Numbered from the stretch's first letter, positions 9,420 to 18,739 are shown. The stretch is 64,000 bases of DNA from Blastochloris viridis (GCA_005768725.1 VAFM01000002.1:70420-134419); one strand, 5' to 3'. A program made the numbers and translations. The notes: generated from the sequence alone by a model not told the origin.

Positions 9420-10001
9420 CTAGCTAAGTGCTTTGTAGCAATGGCAATCCGCCACGTGGTCATTTACCAAACCCGTCGCCTGCATGAACGCGTACATGAT
9501 GGTCGACCCGACAAACGTCATCCCACGCTTCTTAAGGTCTTTCGAAAGCGCATCAGATTCTGCCGACTGCGCCGGTACATCCTTCAAGGTTTTACGCTTC
9601 CCCTGCAACGGATTGCCGCCCACAAAACGCCATACATAGGCATCAAAACTGCCGAACTCTTTCTGAATCGCCAGAAACGCCTGCGCATTTTTCCGTGCCG
9701 CAAACACCTTCAAGCGGTTCCGAATGATCCGCTCATCCAGCAAAGCTTTCTCCAGTTCGGCATCGGTCATCGCCGCAACCTTGGCCACGTCAAAGTTCTT
9801 GAAGACCGCACGATACCCCTCACGCCGCTTTAAAATGGTCTCCCAGCTCAGGCCTGCTTGCGCACCTTCTAAAATAAGCATCTCAAAAAACGTACGTTCA
9901 TCATGCACCGGCACACCCCATTCGGTGTCATGATACTCCTCATAAAACGGTTTACCCGTTCCCACCCACCCGCAGCGGGTCATCTCACCGGCCATGCTCA
10001 T
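9420..10001 (-). CDS. tag: DNA-3-methyladenine glycosylase I
   Basis: CGWVGTGKPFYEEYHDTEWGVPVHDERTFFEMLILEGAQAGLSWETIL is a diagnostic Tag sequence. The ORF-track N-terminal extension to 10154 runs across tRNA-Ala and is rejected. Confidence 0.85.
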   Translation of the reverse strand: MSMAGEMTRCGWVGTGKPFYEEYHDTEWGVPVHDERTFFEMLILEGAQAGLSWETILKRREGYRAVFKNFDVAKVAAMTDAELEKALLDERIIRNRLKVFAARKNAQAFLAIQKEFGSFDAYVWRFVGGNPLQGKRKTLKDVPAQSAESDALSKDLKKRGMTFVGSTIMYAFMQATGLVNDHVADCHCYKALS

Positions 10002-10033
10002 TCTTTCGTTTGCCAGAGTATAAAATAAGAATC

Positions 10034-10109
10034 TGGTGGACCCAAAGAGATTCGAACTCTCGACCTCGTCATTGCGAACGACGCGCTCTACCAACTGAGC
10101 TATGGGCCC
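10034..10109 (-). tRNA. tRNA-Ala (anticodon CGC)
   Basis: Cloverleaf folds by hand: GGGCCCA-TA-GCTC...; G3:U70 Ala identity pair; anticodon loop TTCGCAA; encoded CCA. Confidence 0.85.
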
Positions 10110-10167
10110 GACCACGCAAAACCTAGGCCCGGCAAAGGCTAACGTCAACGGCATCGGTCAATTCAGC

Positions 10168-10198
10168 TAAAAAAGAAAACCCGGTAAAAACCGGGTTT
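10168..10198 (-). terminator. Rho-independent terminator downstream of tRNA-Ile
   Basis: AACCCGGtaaaaaCCGGGTT with a T-tract on the minus strand. Confidence 0.45.
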
Positions 10199-10209
10199 CG
10201 CAAACTGTA

Positions 10210-10286
10210 TGGTGGACCAAGTAAGACTCGAACTTACGACCCCTGCGTTATCAACACAGTGCTCTAACCGACTGAGCTATTGGTCC
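10210..10286 (-). tRNA. tRNA-Ile (anticodon GAU), stand-alone (not in an rRNA operon)
   Basis: GGACCAA-TA-GCTC AGTCGGTTA GAGC; anticodon loop TTGATAA; T-loop TTCGAGT; CCA encoded. Confidence 0.8.
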
Positions 10287-10416
10287 ACGACGAGCGCATA
10301 TGTAAAAGACTCCGCCGCCCCTGTCAACGCCCAAAATGCGCCACACGCCTAAAAACCCACCAAAGGGACGTCTGGGTTGGGTTGCCACTCTTCTACAAAC
10401 GGCCTAAAGTAACGCC

Positions 10417-11211
10417 ATGCTGTTATTCCCGCAATTCAACCCGATTGCCTTGCAACTGGGTCCCATCGCTATCCACTGGTACGGCATCGCCTACGTCGCG
10501 GCCTTCCTGCTGGGTTTAAGCTTCACCAAATATCTTGTGAAAAAGCATCCGGCGGGCGGCATCACGCCCGAGAAAATCGAGTCGCTCTTCACCTACGTTA
10601 TCCTCGGCGTCATTCTGGGCGGTCGTCTGGGCTATGTGCTCTTCTATAATCTGCCGCATTATCTGCAATTCCCGCTGGATATCCTCAAGGTCTGGCAAGG
10701 CGGCATGAGCTTCCACGGCGGCCTGCTCGGCGTCATCGTGGCACTGGCCTGGTTTGCCTGGAAACATCAGGTCAACCTCATCGATCTCGGCGACCGCGTC
10801 GCCCCGGCAGTACCGATCGGTCTATTCTTGGGCCGCCTCGCCAACTTCATCAATGGCGAGCTCGTCGGTCGCGTCACCTCACCCAACCTGCCGTGGAGCA
10901 TGGTCTTCCCCCATGTCGACCTCTACCCCCGCCACCCCAGCCAGCTGTACCAGGCGGGTCTGGAAGGCTTGGTGCTGTTCACTCTGCTGTTCTTTGCCAC
11001 ACGCAAACGCATCGTGCGCTACCAGCCTATCGGTATCTTCTTCACCGGCTACGCACTGGCCCGTATTCTGGCAGAGGTCTTCCGCACACCAGAAATCGTG
11101 CATAACCTCGGCATTCTGCAACTCACGCAGGGCCAGGTTCTCAGCCTGCCTATGCTGATGCTCGGCCTGTACTTCCTGCACCTGTCCTCCAAAGCACCGG
11201 TGCAAAAGTAA
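10417..11211 (+). CDS. lgt: Prolipoprotein diacylglyceryl transferase
   Basis: HWYGIAYVAAFLLG, GGRLGYVLFYN, FHGGLLGV: Lgt signature. Confidence 0.9.
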   Translation: MLLFPQFNPIALQLGPIAIHWYGIAYVAAFLLGLSFTKYLVKKHPAGGITPEKIESLFTYVILGVILGGRLGYVLFYNLPHYLQFPLDILKVWQGGMSFHGGLLGVIVALAWFAWKHQVNLIDLGDRVAPAVPIGLFLGRLANFINGELVGRVTSPNLPWSMVFPHVDLYPRHPSQLYQAGLEGLVLFTLLFFATRKRIVRYQPIGIFFTGYALARILAEVFRTPEIVHNLGILQLTQGQVLSLPMLMLGLYFLHLSSKAPVQK

Positions 11212-11213
11212 AA

Positions 11214-11236
11214 GAAGGGGCCGCTAGGCCCCTTCC
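11214..11236. terminator. Shared hairpin terminator between convergent lgt and the small ORF
   Basis: GAAGGGGCCgctaGGCCCCTTC; T-tract on the minus strand. Confidence 0.45.
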
Positions 11237-11463
11237 ACATATACTCGCTCATCGGCAGGCCGAAAATCCCATTCCGGCCCACAGTCCTGTGTCACCGGCC
11301 TCCGGTCAAAGTCGCTCGGGTAAGCCCCTTGGGGCCGCCATGCCCGAAACGGTTCATCGTTAATGACAGGTACATTCCAACCGCCGTAAGCGTCCATCTC
11401 GCTTGCCAGTTCGTGCTCAAGCTCATCAGATTCCTGATGTCGCAGCATGCGTTCAAAACTCAT
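11224..11463 (-). CDS. Small acidic hypothetical protein (79 aa)
   Basis: Good SD (TGGAGAAATACCT-ATG); terminated by the shared hairpin. Confidence 0.4.
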   Translation of the reverse strand: MSFERMLRHQESDELEHELASEMDAYGGWNVPVINDEPFRAWRPQGAYPSDFDRRPVTQDCGPEWDFRPADERVYVEGA

Positions 11464-11557
11464 AGGTATTTCTCCAGCTAAATGCCTCTCCAGCCTGCAT
11501 ACACCATTCTCTCAAAAAAGAGTAGACACTCTCCTGTAAAACTCCCAAAAACAAAGC

Positions 11558-12574
11558 ATGACAGCCCTCGCAACCCTGCTGAAAGACCGTATCCGCACAA
11601 CCGGACCTCTCACGGTCGAAGAGTACATGGAAGTCTGCCTCTACCACCCGCAGCACGGCTATTACACCAATGGGCGCAACTTTCTGCCCTCACCAACCGA
11701 CGCGTCTCAACCCTACCCGCACGACTTCATCACGGCCGCGCACCTGCTCCACTTCGCCGCCCCGTTGGCCGAATGGCTGCATAAACAAGCGCAAATTCTT
11801 CCCACAGGCTCTCATTTTACATATATGGAATGCGGCCCCGGTTCCGGCCAACTAACGCACGATATCCTTGCATATTTGCAAAAGCACCACCCCAACACCT
11901 ACACACGTGCGCAGCCAGTACTGATTGAAGCTTCCCCCACCCTCACCGAGCTGCAAAAGCAAACCCTACATGCCCATCCGCACTGCCAATGGGCCGCTAC
12001 ACCATCCGAAACCGGCTTACCGATAATCCTCATCGCCAATGAGCTGCTGGACGCTTTTCCTCACAGCCAGATTATCCAGCACGAAGGCCGTCTCCAGCCG
12101 CGCACTATCGAGCTCACCACCACCGACGAGTTCACCTTCACCCAAGCAGAAGGCCCCATAACAGAGCACTCCCCCCAAATGCGCACCTGGCTGCAAACCC
12201 TGCCGCAAAGCCTGCACGCAGCCCTCTTTCTTGATTATGGCGCCAGCACAGCCTCCGCCACTGGCGATACCTTCCAGGCCCTCCACAAGCACCAGAAGGT
12301 CAGTGTTTTCCATCTCCCCGGCGAAACCGACCTCACCATGCACGTCAACTTCCACAACGTGACCGAAGCCCTGAAAGACTCCCACCCCCACCTCCACGCC
12401 CACCCGCTGGAAGAATTGGCACCCTTCCTCCTCCGCCACGGCCTCGCCTCTGCCGCGCTCAGCAACGGCATGCCGGATAGCGCCACCGAATCCGCCCTCC
12501 ACCGCTTGCTCCACCCCACCGAAATGGGTACCCTCTTCAAAGTCCAATCGTTCACCCAAACGCACACCGAATAG
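11558..12574 (+). CDS. Class I SAM-dependent methyltransferase, DUF185 / NDUFAF7 (MidA)-like
   Basis: YMECGPGSGQL motif; conserved lgt-MTase-pgeF synteny known from alphaproteobacteria. Confidence 0.7.
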   Translation: MTALATLLKDRIRTTGPLTVEEYMEVCLYHPQHGYYTNGRNFLPSPTDASQPYPHDFITAAHLLHFAAPLAEWLHKQAQILPTGSHFTYMECGPGSGQLTHDILAYLQKHHPNTYTRAQPVLIEASPTLTELQKQTLHAHPHCQWAATPSETGLPIILIANELLDAFPHSQIIQHEGRLQPRTIELTTTDEFTFTQAEGPITEHSPQMRTWLQTLPQSLHAALFLDYGASTASATGDTFQALHKHQKVSVFHLPGETDLTMHVNFHNVTEALKDSHPHLHAHPLEELAPFLLRHGLASAALSNGMPDSATESALHRLLHPTEMGTLFKVQSFTQTHTE

Positions 12575-12575
12575 C

Positions 12576-13232
12576 ATGAGCCCAGATTTCCTCGAAACAA
12601 CCCTCCCCCACGCCCAAGCTGTTTTCGGCACCGGCAATATTCCCAGCGTGGCAGCGGCAGCGCAGGCTCTCGGCCCCACAGCGTCCATGCACCAGGTACA
12701 CGGCAAAACCCTGACCTATGCCACCGAAGCAACTCAGTACCCGGAATGCGACGGCCTCTATACCGATATTTCCAACCTCTGGCTGGCCATTAAAACCGCC
12801 GACTGCACCCCCTGCCTCATCAGCACACCCCACGCCGTTGCAGCCCTCCACCTCGGCTGGCGCAGCGCGCAGGCGGGCCTCCTCCCCCTCACCCTGCAAA
12901 CCCTCCTCACCCAATACCCGCTTAAGCCAGAAGACATTCACATCAGCTTCGGCCCCAGCCTCAGCCAACCGCATTTTGAAGTCGAAGACACCTTCCCCGC
13001 AGCCTTCGGTGTCCCGAATGCCGCACCGTTCTTCATTCCTAGCAAACAAGGCCACGTGAAGATGAACCTCGGCGCTATTCTACGCCATCAAGCCGAATCC
13101 TTTGGCATTCCGTCCCATAATATCAGCGTCTCGGGCCACTGCACGTTTACCGAAGCCGATACCTTCCACTCCTACCGTCGCGACAAAACCAACCCCGGCC
13201 GCCAGATTTCACTCATCAAACTAGTAAAATAA
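12576..13232 (+). CDS. pgeF: Peptidoglycan editing factor PgeF (YfiH / laccase-domain protein)
   Basis: HQVHG...ADCTPCLI...H(L)GWR signature of DUF152/YfiH. Confidence 0.8.
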   Translation: MSPDFLETTLPHAQAVFGTGNIPSVAAAAQALGPTASMHQVHGKTLTYATEATQYPECDGLYTDISNLWLAIKTADCTPCLISTPHAVAALHLGWRSAQAGLLPLTLQTLLTQYPLKPEDIHISFGPSLSQPHFEVEDTFPAAFGVPNAAPFFIPSKQGHVKMNLGAILRHQAESFGIPSHNISVSGHCTFTEADTFHSYRRDKTNPGRQISLIKLVK

Positions 13233-13622
13233 TTACTTTGCAAACGGTGGCACACGCGTTGCCAAATGCGGTGCAATCTCGCTTCTGCGGGGAGAATCCG
13301 CACAGGCGATGCGCCCGTTACGCCGCTTTTTATACAACTTCACAAATTCCAGAATTTTCCATTCATCGGTCTCAGGGTTAAAGCCATTCAGCACGTAGCT
13401 GTAACGCCCATCTCCGGCAAGGCCCACGCTGCAACAGCCATTGGGCTGACCTTCAAAACCATAGTCACAACCGCCAAGGCAATCCACCGGCTTTACCACC
13501 ACATCTTTCATGGGTGCCAGCGCACGCTTCATCTGTTTAACAAACGCCCCGCCTTCTGCGGCAGAGGTATCCTGTACTGCGGGGTCGCGGTCACACAGGC
13601 GACACACAAATACGGTAATCAT
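13233..13622 (-). CDS. DUF1636 family metal-binding protein (copy 1)
   Basis: Cys pattern C-x2-C ... CLGGCDYG ... C; C-terminal VPPFAK; paralogous to 14487..14855. Confidence 0.6.
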   Translation of the reverse strand: MITVFVCRLCDRDPAVQDTSAAEGGAFVKQMKRALAPMKDVVVKPVDCLGGCDYGFEGQPNGCCSVGLAGDGRYSYVLNGFNPETDEWKILEFVKLYKKRRNGRIACADSPRRSEIAPHLATRVPPFAK

Positions 13623-13757
13623 AAACTCTCGCAACTTTCTTGATCCACATCATATCCCACTCTTCGTAAGTTGTGTTAGAAGACAGTCATCGAAAGATAA
13701 AAAGACTGAAACAACTCCACCCATTTACCACCTCATAACGCCTGAAAGGAGGGCCAC

Positions 13758-14393
13758 ATGAGAGAACTTTTCAAAATCATCGCCTTGCTGCTGGTGGTCG
13801 TGTTCCTGCCTTTGCAGGCTCACGCAAGCAAGCACGGCAAGGTCTACCAGGAACTGGCCGACGAAACCGGCATCATCATTCAACCGCTGATGCACGGCCA
13901 GATGCAGCTCATGTACGAACATCACGGCGACATTCTGGCTCTGGCCAAAACGCACGCCGACGACCCGATCATGAGCAAACTGCTCGCGTTCGAGTTCAAA
14001 AACCGTGCCTGGGCCCTCTTCGGCCTGCTGCCCGCAAGCGTCTCCGATGCAAACCAGTTCCTGCATCTGCCGACGCACGGCTATCTCGCCCCCACCCGCG
14101 CCATGCTGGAACGGATGAAGCAGATCGCACCCGCCTTCGGTTCGCCGGAGCAGGTCCTGTACGATCGCATCGAGCAGGATGCCATCTTCGACCACAATAC
14201 CAGCGTCATGACGTGCGAATACTCGGGCATCGTGTTCAACACGAACACTCCCGTGGGGCCGGACTGGTCGAAGCTGAACACGACGACGTTCCTCATCCCG
14301 CTGGCAAGTTTGCTGGCAGTGATGATCATCCTCGCGTTCGGTGGTCATCAGGTGGTTCTTGCCCGCCGCCCGAAGTACAAGCCGACGTTCTGA
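13758..14393 (+). CDS. Hypothetical secreted protein with C-terminal TM anchor
   Basis: Signal peptide MRELFKIIALLLVVVFLPLQAHA; C-terminal helix LIPLASLLAVMIILAFGG followed by a basic tail. Confidence 0.5.
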   Translation: MRELFKIIALLLVVVFLPLQAHASKHGKVYQELADETGIIIQPLMHGQMQLMYEHHGDILALAKTHADDPIMSKLLAFEFKNRAWALFGLLPASVSDANQFLHLPTHGYLAPTRAMLERMKQIAPAFGSPEQVLYDRIEQDAIFDHNTSVMTCEYSGIVFNTNTPVGPDWSKLNTTTFLIPLASLLAVMIILAFGGHQVVLARRPKYKPTF

Positions 14394-14486
14394 ACTGATA
14401 CCGAAGGGCTTTGCCCACTTATACCGCTGCCAGATACTCTCTGGCGGCGGCTTTTTTATTCCGGCAAAACCGGCTATAACCCAACC

Positions 14487-14855
14487 ATGTCTCAAACGAT
14501 TCTCTATATCTGTGCCACCTGCGGCATGCCGAAGGACCCAGAAACCGGCAAAAAGCCGACCAATCCGCAATCGGAAGCCCTCGCCGCCCGCGCCAATGAG
14601 CTGTTAGCGGATATGCAGGATGTCGACGTACGCCTCACCAAATGCCTGAGCCTGTGCAACAAACCCATCGCCTGGGCGCTGGATAACCCCGAGCGCCACG
14701 CCACAACTTTCGCCCCCGCCACCACGGCCGAAGACATGGTCGCCACGGTCAAACTCTACCTCACCACCCCCCTGGGCGAAAAAATGCCGAAAAAAGACCT
14801 CCCGCCCGAGGTCAAACCCACTCTCATCAGCCGTATCCCGCCCTTCAAGGCCTAA
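14487..14855 (+). CDS. DUF1636 family metal-binding protein (copy 2)
   Basis: ICATCGMP...CLSLCNKP...; C-terminal IPPFKA matches copy 1. Confidence 0.6.
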   Translation: MSQTILYICATCGMPKDPETGKKPTNPQSEALAARANELLADMQDVDVRLTKCLSLCNKPIAWALDNPERHATTFAPATTAEDMVATVKLYLTTPLGEKMPKKDLPPEVKPTLISRIPPFKA

Positions 14856-14881
14856 AAAAGCGCCCCGAAAGGCGCTTTTTC
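14856..14881. terminator. Bidirectional rho-independent terminator
   Basis: AAAAAGCGCCccgaaaGGCGCTTTTT. Confidence 0.6.
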
Positions 14882-14919
14882 AATAGAGACCAGTGCGCAG
14901 CACTGTCGCCCCCGCGCCT

Positions 14920-15570
14920 TTAGGCTTTGGTGAATTCAACAGCGAACTGAATCTGAACACTATCGCCAACCATCGGCACCATGGCACCCATACCAAAGTC
15001 GCTGCGCTTGATGGTCGTGGTACCGTCAAAACCGATACGCTCGTTACCACCGAACGGGCTGACACCATGGCCATTGAACACAACGTCCAGTACAACCGGC
15101 TTGGTCACACCGCGCAGGCTCAGCATGCCGTGGACTTTACCGACGCTCTTACCGTCAGCGGTGGTGCCGGTCACTTCAACCTTGGTGCTGGTAAAGGTGA
15201 TGGACTTGAATGTCTTGGAATCGAAGAAGTCAGCAGCTTCCAGGTGGTCGTCCAGCTTGTCCACATTGGTGTCAACGCTGTCGGTCTCAATGGTGATGAC
15301 TACACCGCTCTTGCTCAGGTCGGCCGGGTTAACGGTAGCAGTACCGTCAATGTCTTCAAAACGGCCGATGAAGTTGCTGAAACCCAGGTGATCAATACGG
15401 AAGTTTACACCAGCGTGGGTCTTATCCAGCTTGTAAGTACCGGCGGTAACAGTTTTGTAATCCTTGCTCGGGCCGGTGTAGGCGGCGGGCGCATCGGCAG
15501 CCTGTACGGCAAAGGCGCTGGCGGTCAGCACGGTCGCTGCCATCATCAGTTTGGTGAAATTCATGGTCAT
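14920..15570 (-). CDS. yceI: YceI family periplasmic protein
   Basis: Signal peptide plus YceI motifs (HAGVNFRIDHLGFSNFIGRF, GKVHGMLSLRGVTKPV). Confidence 0.85.
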   Translation of the reverse strand: MTMNFTKLMMAATVLTASAFAVQAADAPAAYTGPSKDYKTVTAGTYKLDKTHAGVNFRIDHLGFSNFIGRFEDIDGTATVNPADLSKSGVVITIETDSVDTNVDKLDDHLEAADFFDSKTFKSITFTSTKVEVTGTTADGKSVGKVHGMLSLRGVTKPVVLDVVFNGHGVSPFGGNERIGFDGTTTIKRSDFGMGAMVPMVGDSVQIQFAVEFTKA

Positions 15571-15640
15571 TCCCCTCTATTATTTTGAATGTTTCGAAAT
15601 GAAAACCCATCCCGCCCCGCTTGGCAAGATGCTCTGCCTA

Positions 15641-15675
15641 AAAAAGCGAAGCGGCGGGAAAAAGTTCCCGCCGCT
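15641..15675 (-). terminator. Rho-independent terminator for the small gene 15687..15902
   Basis: GCGGCGGGAAaaagTTCCCGCCGC; T-tract on the minus strand. Confidence 0.45.
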
Positions 15676-15686
15676 CCATCGATTCT

Positions 15687-15902
15687 TCACAACTTTGAAT
15701 AGCGGTAGGCATCGAAGGAAAAACCTTCATTCCGCCCCTGCTCCAAAGCAAGGTCTGATCCCAGAATGCTGGGATTGCCACCGGCGCTTGCCGAATAGGC
15801 GTCGGCCGCAATACCCCCATGACGCGAGCAGATACCCGCCGCCGTACCAATCCGGCTGAACAGCGAAGGAGTTTCCTCCTTCTTATTTCCGAAAATCCCC
15901 AT
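15687..15902 (-). CDS. Small hypothetical protein (71 aa)
   Basis: Strong SD GAAGGAGA 6 nt before ATG (MGIFGNKKEETPS...); own terminator. Shorter than ORF-track entry 15687..16028. Confidence 0.45.
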   Translation of the reverse strand: MGIFGNKKEETPSLFSRIGTAAGICSRHGGIAADAYSASAGGNPSILGSDLALEQGRNEGFSFDAYRYSKL

Positions 15903-16082
15903 AGGGGTCTCCTTCTGAAACGCACGTAGGCCCAATGCCCAATGCTTTTTCCAAAATAGGCAACATTTCCGCCATTTACAACCCCTTGAAACCACAAAAG
16001 TGCGCCCCATACTCGCCCTGTCAGTCAAGGGGTTCGTAAGACATTTTATAAAGTCTTACACCAAAGGAGAGATACCCACCCC

Positions 16083-16928
16083 ATGGCCGAAGTTGTTCAA
16101 GATTACATCCAGTCCATCCAGAAGTATTCTGCGCTGTCGTTCGAGGCCGAGCAGGAACTGGCCAAGCGCTGGCGCGAGCACCGCGATGAGCGCGCGTTCA
16201 GCCAGCTGATGCAGAGCTATCTGCGTCTGGTGGTTAAGGTTGCGATGAGCTACCGCGGTTACGGCCTGCCGCTGGAAGAGCTGGTGCAGGAGGGCAATAT
16301 CGGCCTCATGCAAGGCATCAACCGCTTCGAGCCCGAGCGCGGTTTCCGCCTCTCCACCTACGCCATGTGGTGGATCAAGGCCCATATTCAGGAATACATC
16401 CTTAATAACTGGAGCATGGTCAAGATCGGTACCAGCAGCACGCAGAAGAAGCTGTTCTTCAACCTGCGCCGCCTCAAGGCCGAAATGCTCGGCGAAGACA
16501 GCATCCACCTCACGCCGGAAGCCATCAAGCAGATTGCCAAGCAACTGAACGTGAACGAAAACGACGTTATTGGCATGGACCAACGCCTGCGCCACGGTAA
16601 CGAGAGCCTTAACAACCCGGTCGGCGGTGAAGAAGACGGCCAGGAATGGCAGGACTTTTTGGTAGACCACCGCCCAAGCCAGGAAGAGGTTTACTCCCGC
16701 AAGCAGATCGCCGGTCAGCGCAAGGGCCAACTGATGGATGCCCTCTCCAAGCTGGATGAACGCGAACGTGCCATCTTCGTGGCCCGCCACCTGACGGAAA
16801 GCGAAGAAACCCCTACCCTGGAGCAACTCTCCGGTCAGTATGGTGTGAGCCGCGAGCGTGTCCGCCAGTTAGAAGAGCGCGCCTACCGTAAGGTTCAGGG
16901 CTTCATGCAACCTACCACCCTGCACTAG
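16083..16928 (+). CDS. rpoH: RNA polymerase sigma-32 factor RpoH
   Basis: RpoH box QKKLFFNLRRLK; sigma-70 regions 2 and 4. Confidence 0.9.
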   Translation: MAEVVQDYIQSIQKYSALSFEAEQELAKRWREHRDERAFSQLMQSYLRLVVKVAMSYRGYGLPLEELVQEGNIGLMQGINRFEPERGFRLSTYAMWWIKAHIQEYILNNWSMVKIGTSSTQKKLFFNLRRLKAEMLGEDSIHLTPEAIKQIAKQLNVNENDVIGMDQRLRHGNESLNNPVGGEEDGQEWQDFLVDHRPSQEEVYSRKQIAGQRKGQLMDALSKLDERERAIFVARHLTESEETPTLEQLSGQYGVSRERVRQLEERAYRKVQGFMQPTTLH

Positions 16929-17005
16929 GTGCCGCGCCACACATACGCTACGTATACGGAAAGAGTTGACACGAGACACAACTTAATGTAGCAATTACGC
17001 AAGAT

Positions 17006-17030
17006 ACCGCCCCAAGGGGCGGTTTTCTTG
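17006..17030 (+). terminator. rpoH terminator
   Basis: CCGCCCCaaggGGCGGTTTTCTT. Confidence 0.6.
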
Positions 17031-17068
17031 TATCAATATCATAAAGTTAAAGGAAAGGACGCCAGATC

Positions 17069-17380
17069 ATGGCTATTCGGAATGTTGTCGCGTTTGAAGA
17101 ACAAACCGGCATTACTACTCAAAGCGACGACTGTCTTATCAATCCCGGTAAGGAAGTCACAGTCGCAGTCCACCTGACCGCAGGTACACCCGCAACCGGT
17201 GCAGTGCTGCAGATCACATTGGATGACGCCGAAAAAATCAAAACCGGCACAGCTCTGTGGGTTAACAGTCCGCTGGGCAACCGCATCACCAGCGGCGCCG
17301 AAAAACTGCTGCGTCCGGTCACCGGCGTGCGCCTTAAGGTCACCGACGGCACCTGGACTCTTCACGTACGCCAACAGTAG
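17069..17380 (+). CDS. Small beta-rich hypothetical protein, phage-like islet
   Basis: Lower-GC patch; SD AAAGGAAAGGA; all-beta composition; co-oriented with the tail-fibre-like gene. Confidence 0.45.
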   Translation: MAIRNVVAFEEQTGITTQSDDCLINPGKEVTVAVHLTAGTPATGAVLQITLDDAEKIKTGTALWVNSPLGNRITSGAEKLLRPVTGVRLKVTDGTWTLHVRQQ

Positions 17381-17413
17381 TTAGCCAACAGCAGTTAGAG
17401 ATTACAGAAAGCC

Positions 17414-18430
17414 ATGAGCATGACAACGCAGCGTCTCGCACGCGATATTACGGCCCCTCCTGTCGCCGATATCATTACTCTGGATGGCCCTCCTCCCGTC
17501 TGGAGCATTGACTTCACCCAGCAAAGCCCCGCATCTGCGGGGCTTACGTTTACCCGTGCCAGCCAGGCTGGGTATTACGACCCTTCGGGTAGCTGGATCT
17601 ATGCCCTCACCAATACACCGCGTATGACCCATCACCCGATCAGCAAACAGCCTTTGGGCCTGTTGATAGAAGAAACACGCACGAACGTCCTTCTCAATAG
17701 CGCCGCACCAACGACACAAACCGTGACATTGGGCACTGGCACCTATACGCTGTGGCTGGAAGGCAGCGGCAATTGCACCTGCGCTGCGGGTACTGCCACG
17801 GGTACAGGTTTTGGCATAGCAACCTCAATAAAGACTATCACCTTTACACTCACCAACGCAGGCAGCGTTATCTTCACAGTAAATGGCAGCCTTCTGCGCT
17901 TTCAGTGCGAAGCCGGCACTCACCCGACCAGCTTTATCACCACCACACATGCGGCCGCCACACGCGCAGCCGATACCTGCACCACCAATCTCTCGGGTAT
18001 CATAAATCCGGTGGAAGGCACGTTTATCGCCACAGGCAATGTCGGTACCGGCATGTTCATGGCGCTGGATAACGGCAGCGGCGATGGCGCGACGCGTTTG
18101 CACATCAAAGGGGGTAATACCGAGCGCAACCTGTTCTGCAGTATGGGTGGAAGCATTAAGGGAACGTATTCCGATTTCACGCCGCTACCAACAGGCACAC
18201 GCGGCTGTCTGGGCCTTAGTTACGGCCCCGCAGGTGTCCATTATGCCATCAACGGACAAAGCGTATTTCGCACCGATACACCAGCGACAGGACTTTCAAT
18301 CAACACCTTACGTATTGGCCATCGCCAACTAAGTGGCGGTTTACCTGTCATTCTCAACGGTGTGGTGCATAGCATCCGCTACTTCAACCGCGCTCTGTCG
18401 CGCGAGCATCTTCAAGCTCTCACTAAATAA
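17414..18430 (+). CDS. LamG / concanavalin-A-like jelly-roll domain protein, phage tail fibre / receptor-binding-protein-like
   Basis: C-terminal ...LRIGHRQLSGG...VHSIRYFNRALSREHLQALT matches the characteristic ending of Laminin_G_3-type domains common in phage structural proteins; Thr/Gly-rich. Confidence 0.55.
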   Translation: MSMTTQRLARDITAPPVADIITLDGPPPVWSIDFTQQSPASAGLTFTRASQAGYYDPSGSWIYALTNTPRMTHHPISKQPLGLLIEETRTNVLLNSAAPTTQTVTLGTGTYTLWLEGSGNCTCAAGTATGTGFGIATSIKTITFTLTNAGSVIFTVNGSLLRFQCEAGTHPTSFITTTHAAATRAADTCTTNLSGIINPVEGTFIATGNVGTGMFMALDNGSGDGATRLHIKGGNTERNLFCSMGGSIKGTYSDFTPLPTGTRGCLGLSYGPAGVHYAINGQSVFRTDTPATGLSINTLRIGHRQLSGGLPVILNGVVHSIRYFNRALSREHLQALTK

Positions 18431-18443
18431 AGGAATATTTTCT

Positions 18444-18695
18444 ATGTGGACCGATTACTATCTGAAATTCAGTAGCTACGAGCACTATTACCAGACTATG
18501 CCAGAGAATCTGCAGGTCGAAGCCTCACATACCCACGCGACCGACGTCATCGGCACGCTGTATCATCACGAGACTTTCGAGCCGCTGCAAGGCTTCCATG
18601 TCAATCTGCGTCTGTCGGAAGACACCGACCTCCCCGCAGAACTGCAATCTTTTGCCCTGCCGCAACCGGCCTTACCCAAAAGGGTATTTGCCTAA
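18444..18695 (+). CDS. Small hypothetical protein (83 aa), last gene of the phage-like islet
   Basis: SD AAGGAAT then MWTDYYLKFSSYEHYY...; about 45% GC. Confidence 0.4.
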   Translation: MWTDYYLKFSSYEHYYQTMPENLQVEASHTHATDVIGTLYHHETFEPLQGFHVNLRLSEDTDLPAELQSFALPQPALPKRVFA

Positions 18696-18703
18696 CATTA
18701 CCA

Positions 18704-18736
18704 AACAAAAAGGCAGCCAAAGCTGCCTTAAATCTT
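18704..18736. terminator. Bidirectional hairpin terminator (islet and tRNA-Lys UUU)
   Basis: AAAAAGGCAGCcaaaGCTGCCTTAAATCTT. Confidence 0.45.
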
Positions 18737-18739
18737 ATC

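Noticed and set aside
9420-10154. N-terminal 51-aa extension of tag in the ORF track
   Set aside because: The extension is translated across the tRNA-Ala gene (peptide ...IAQLVERVV...). The true start is the Met at 10001.
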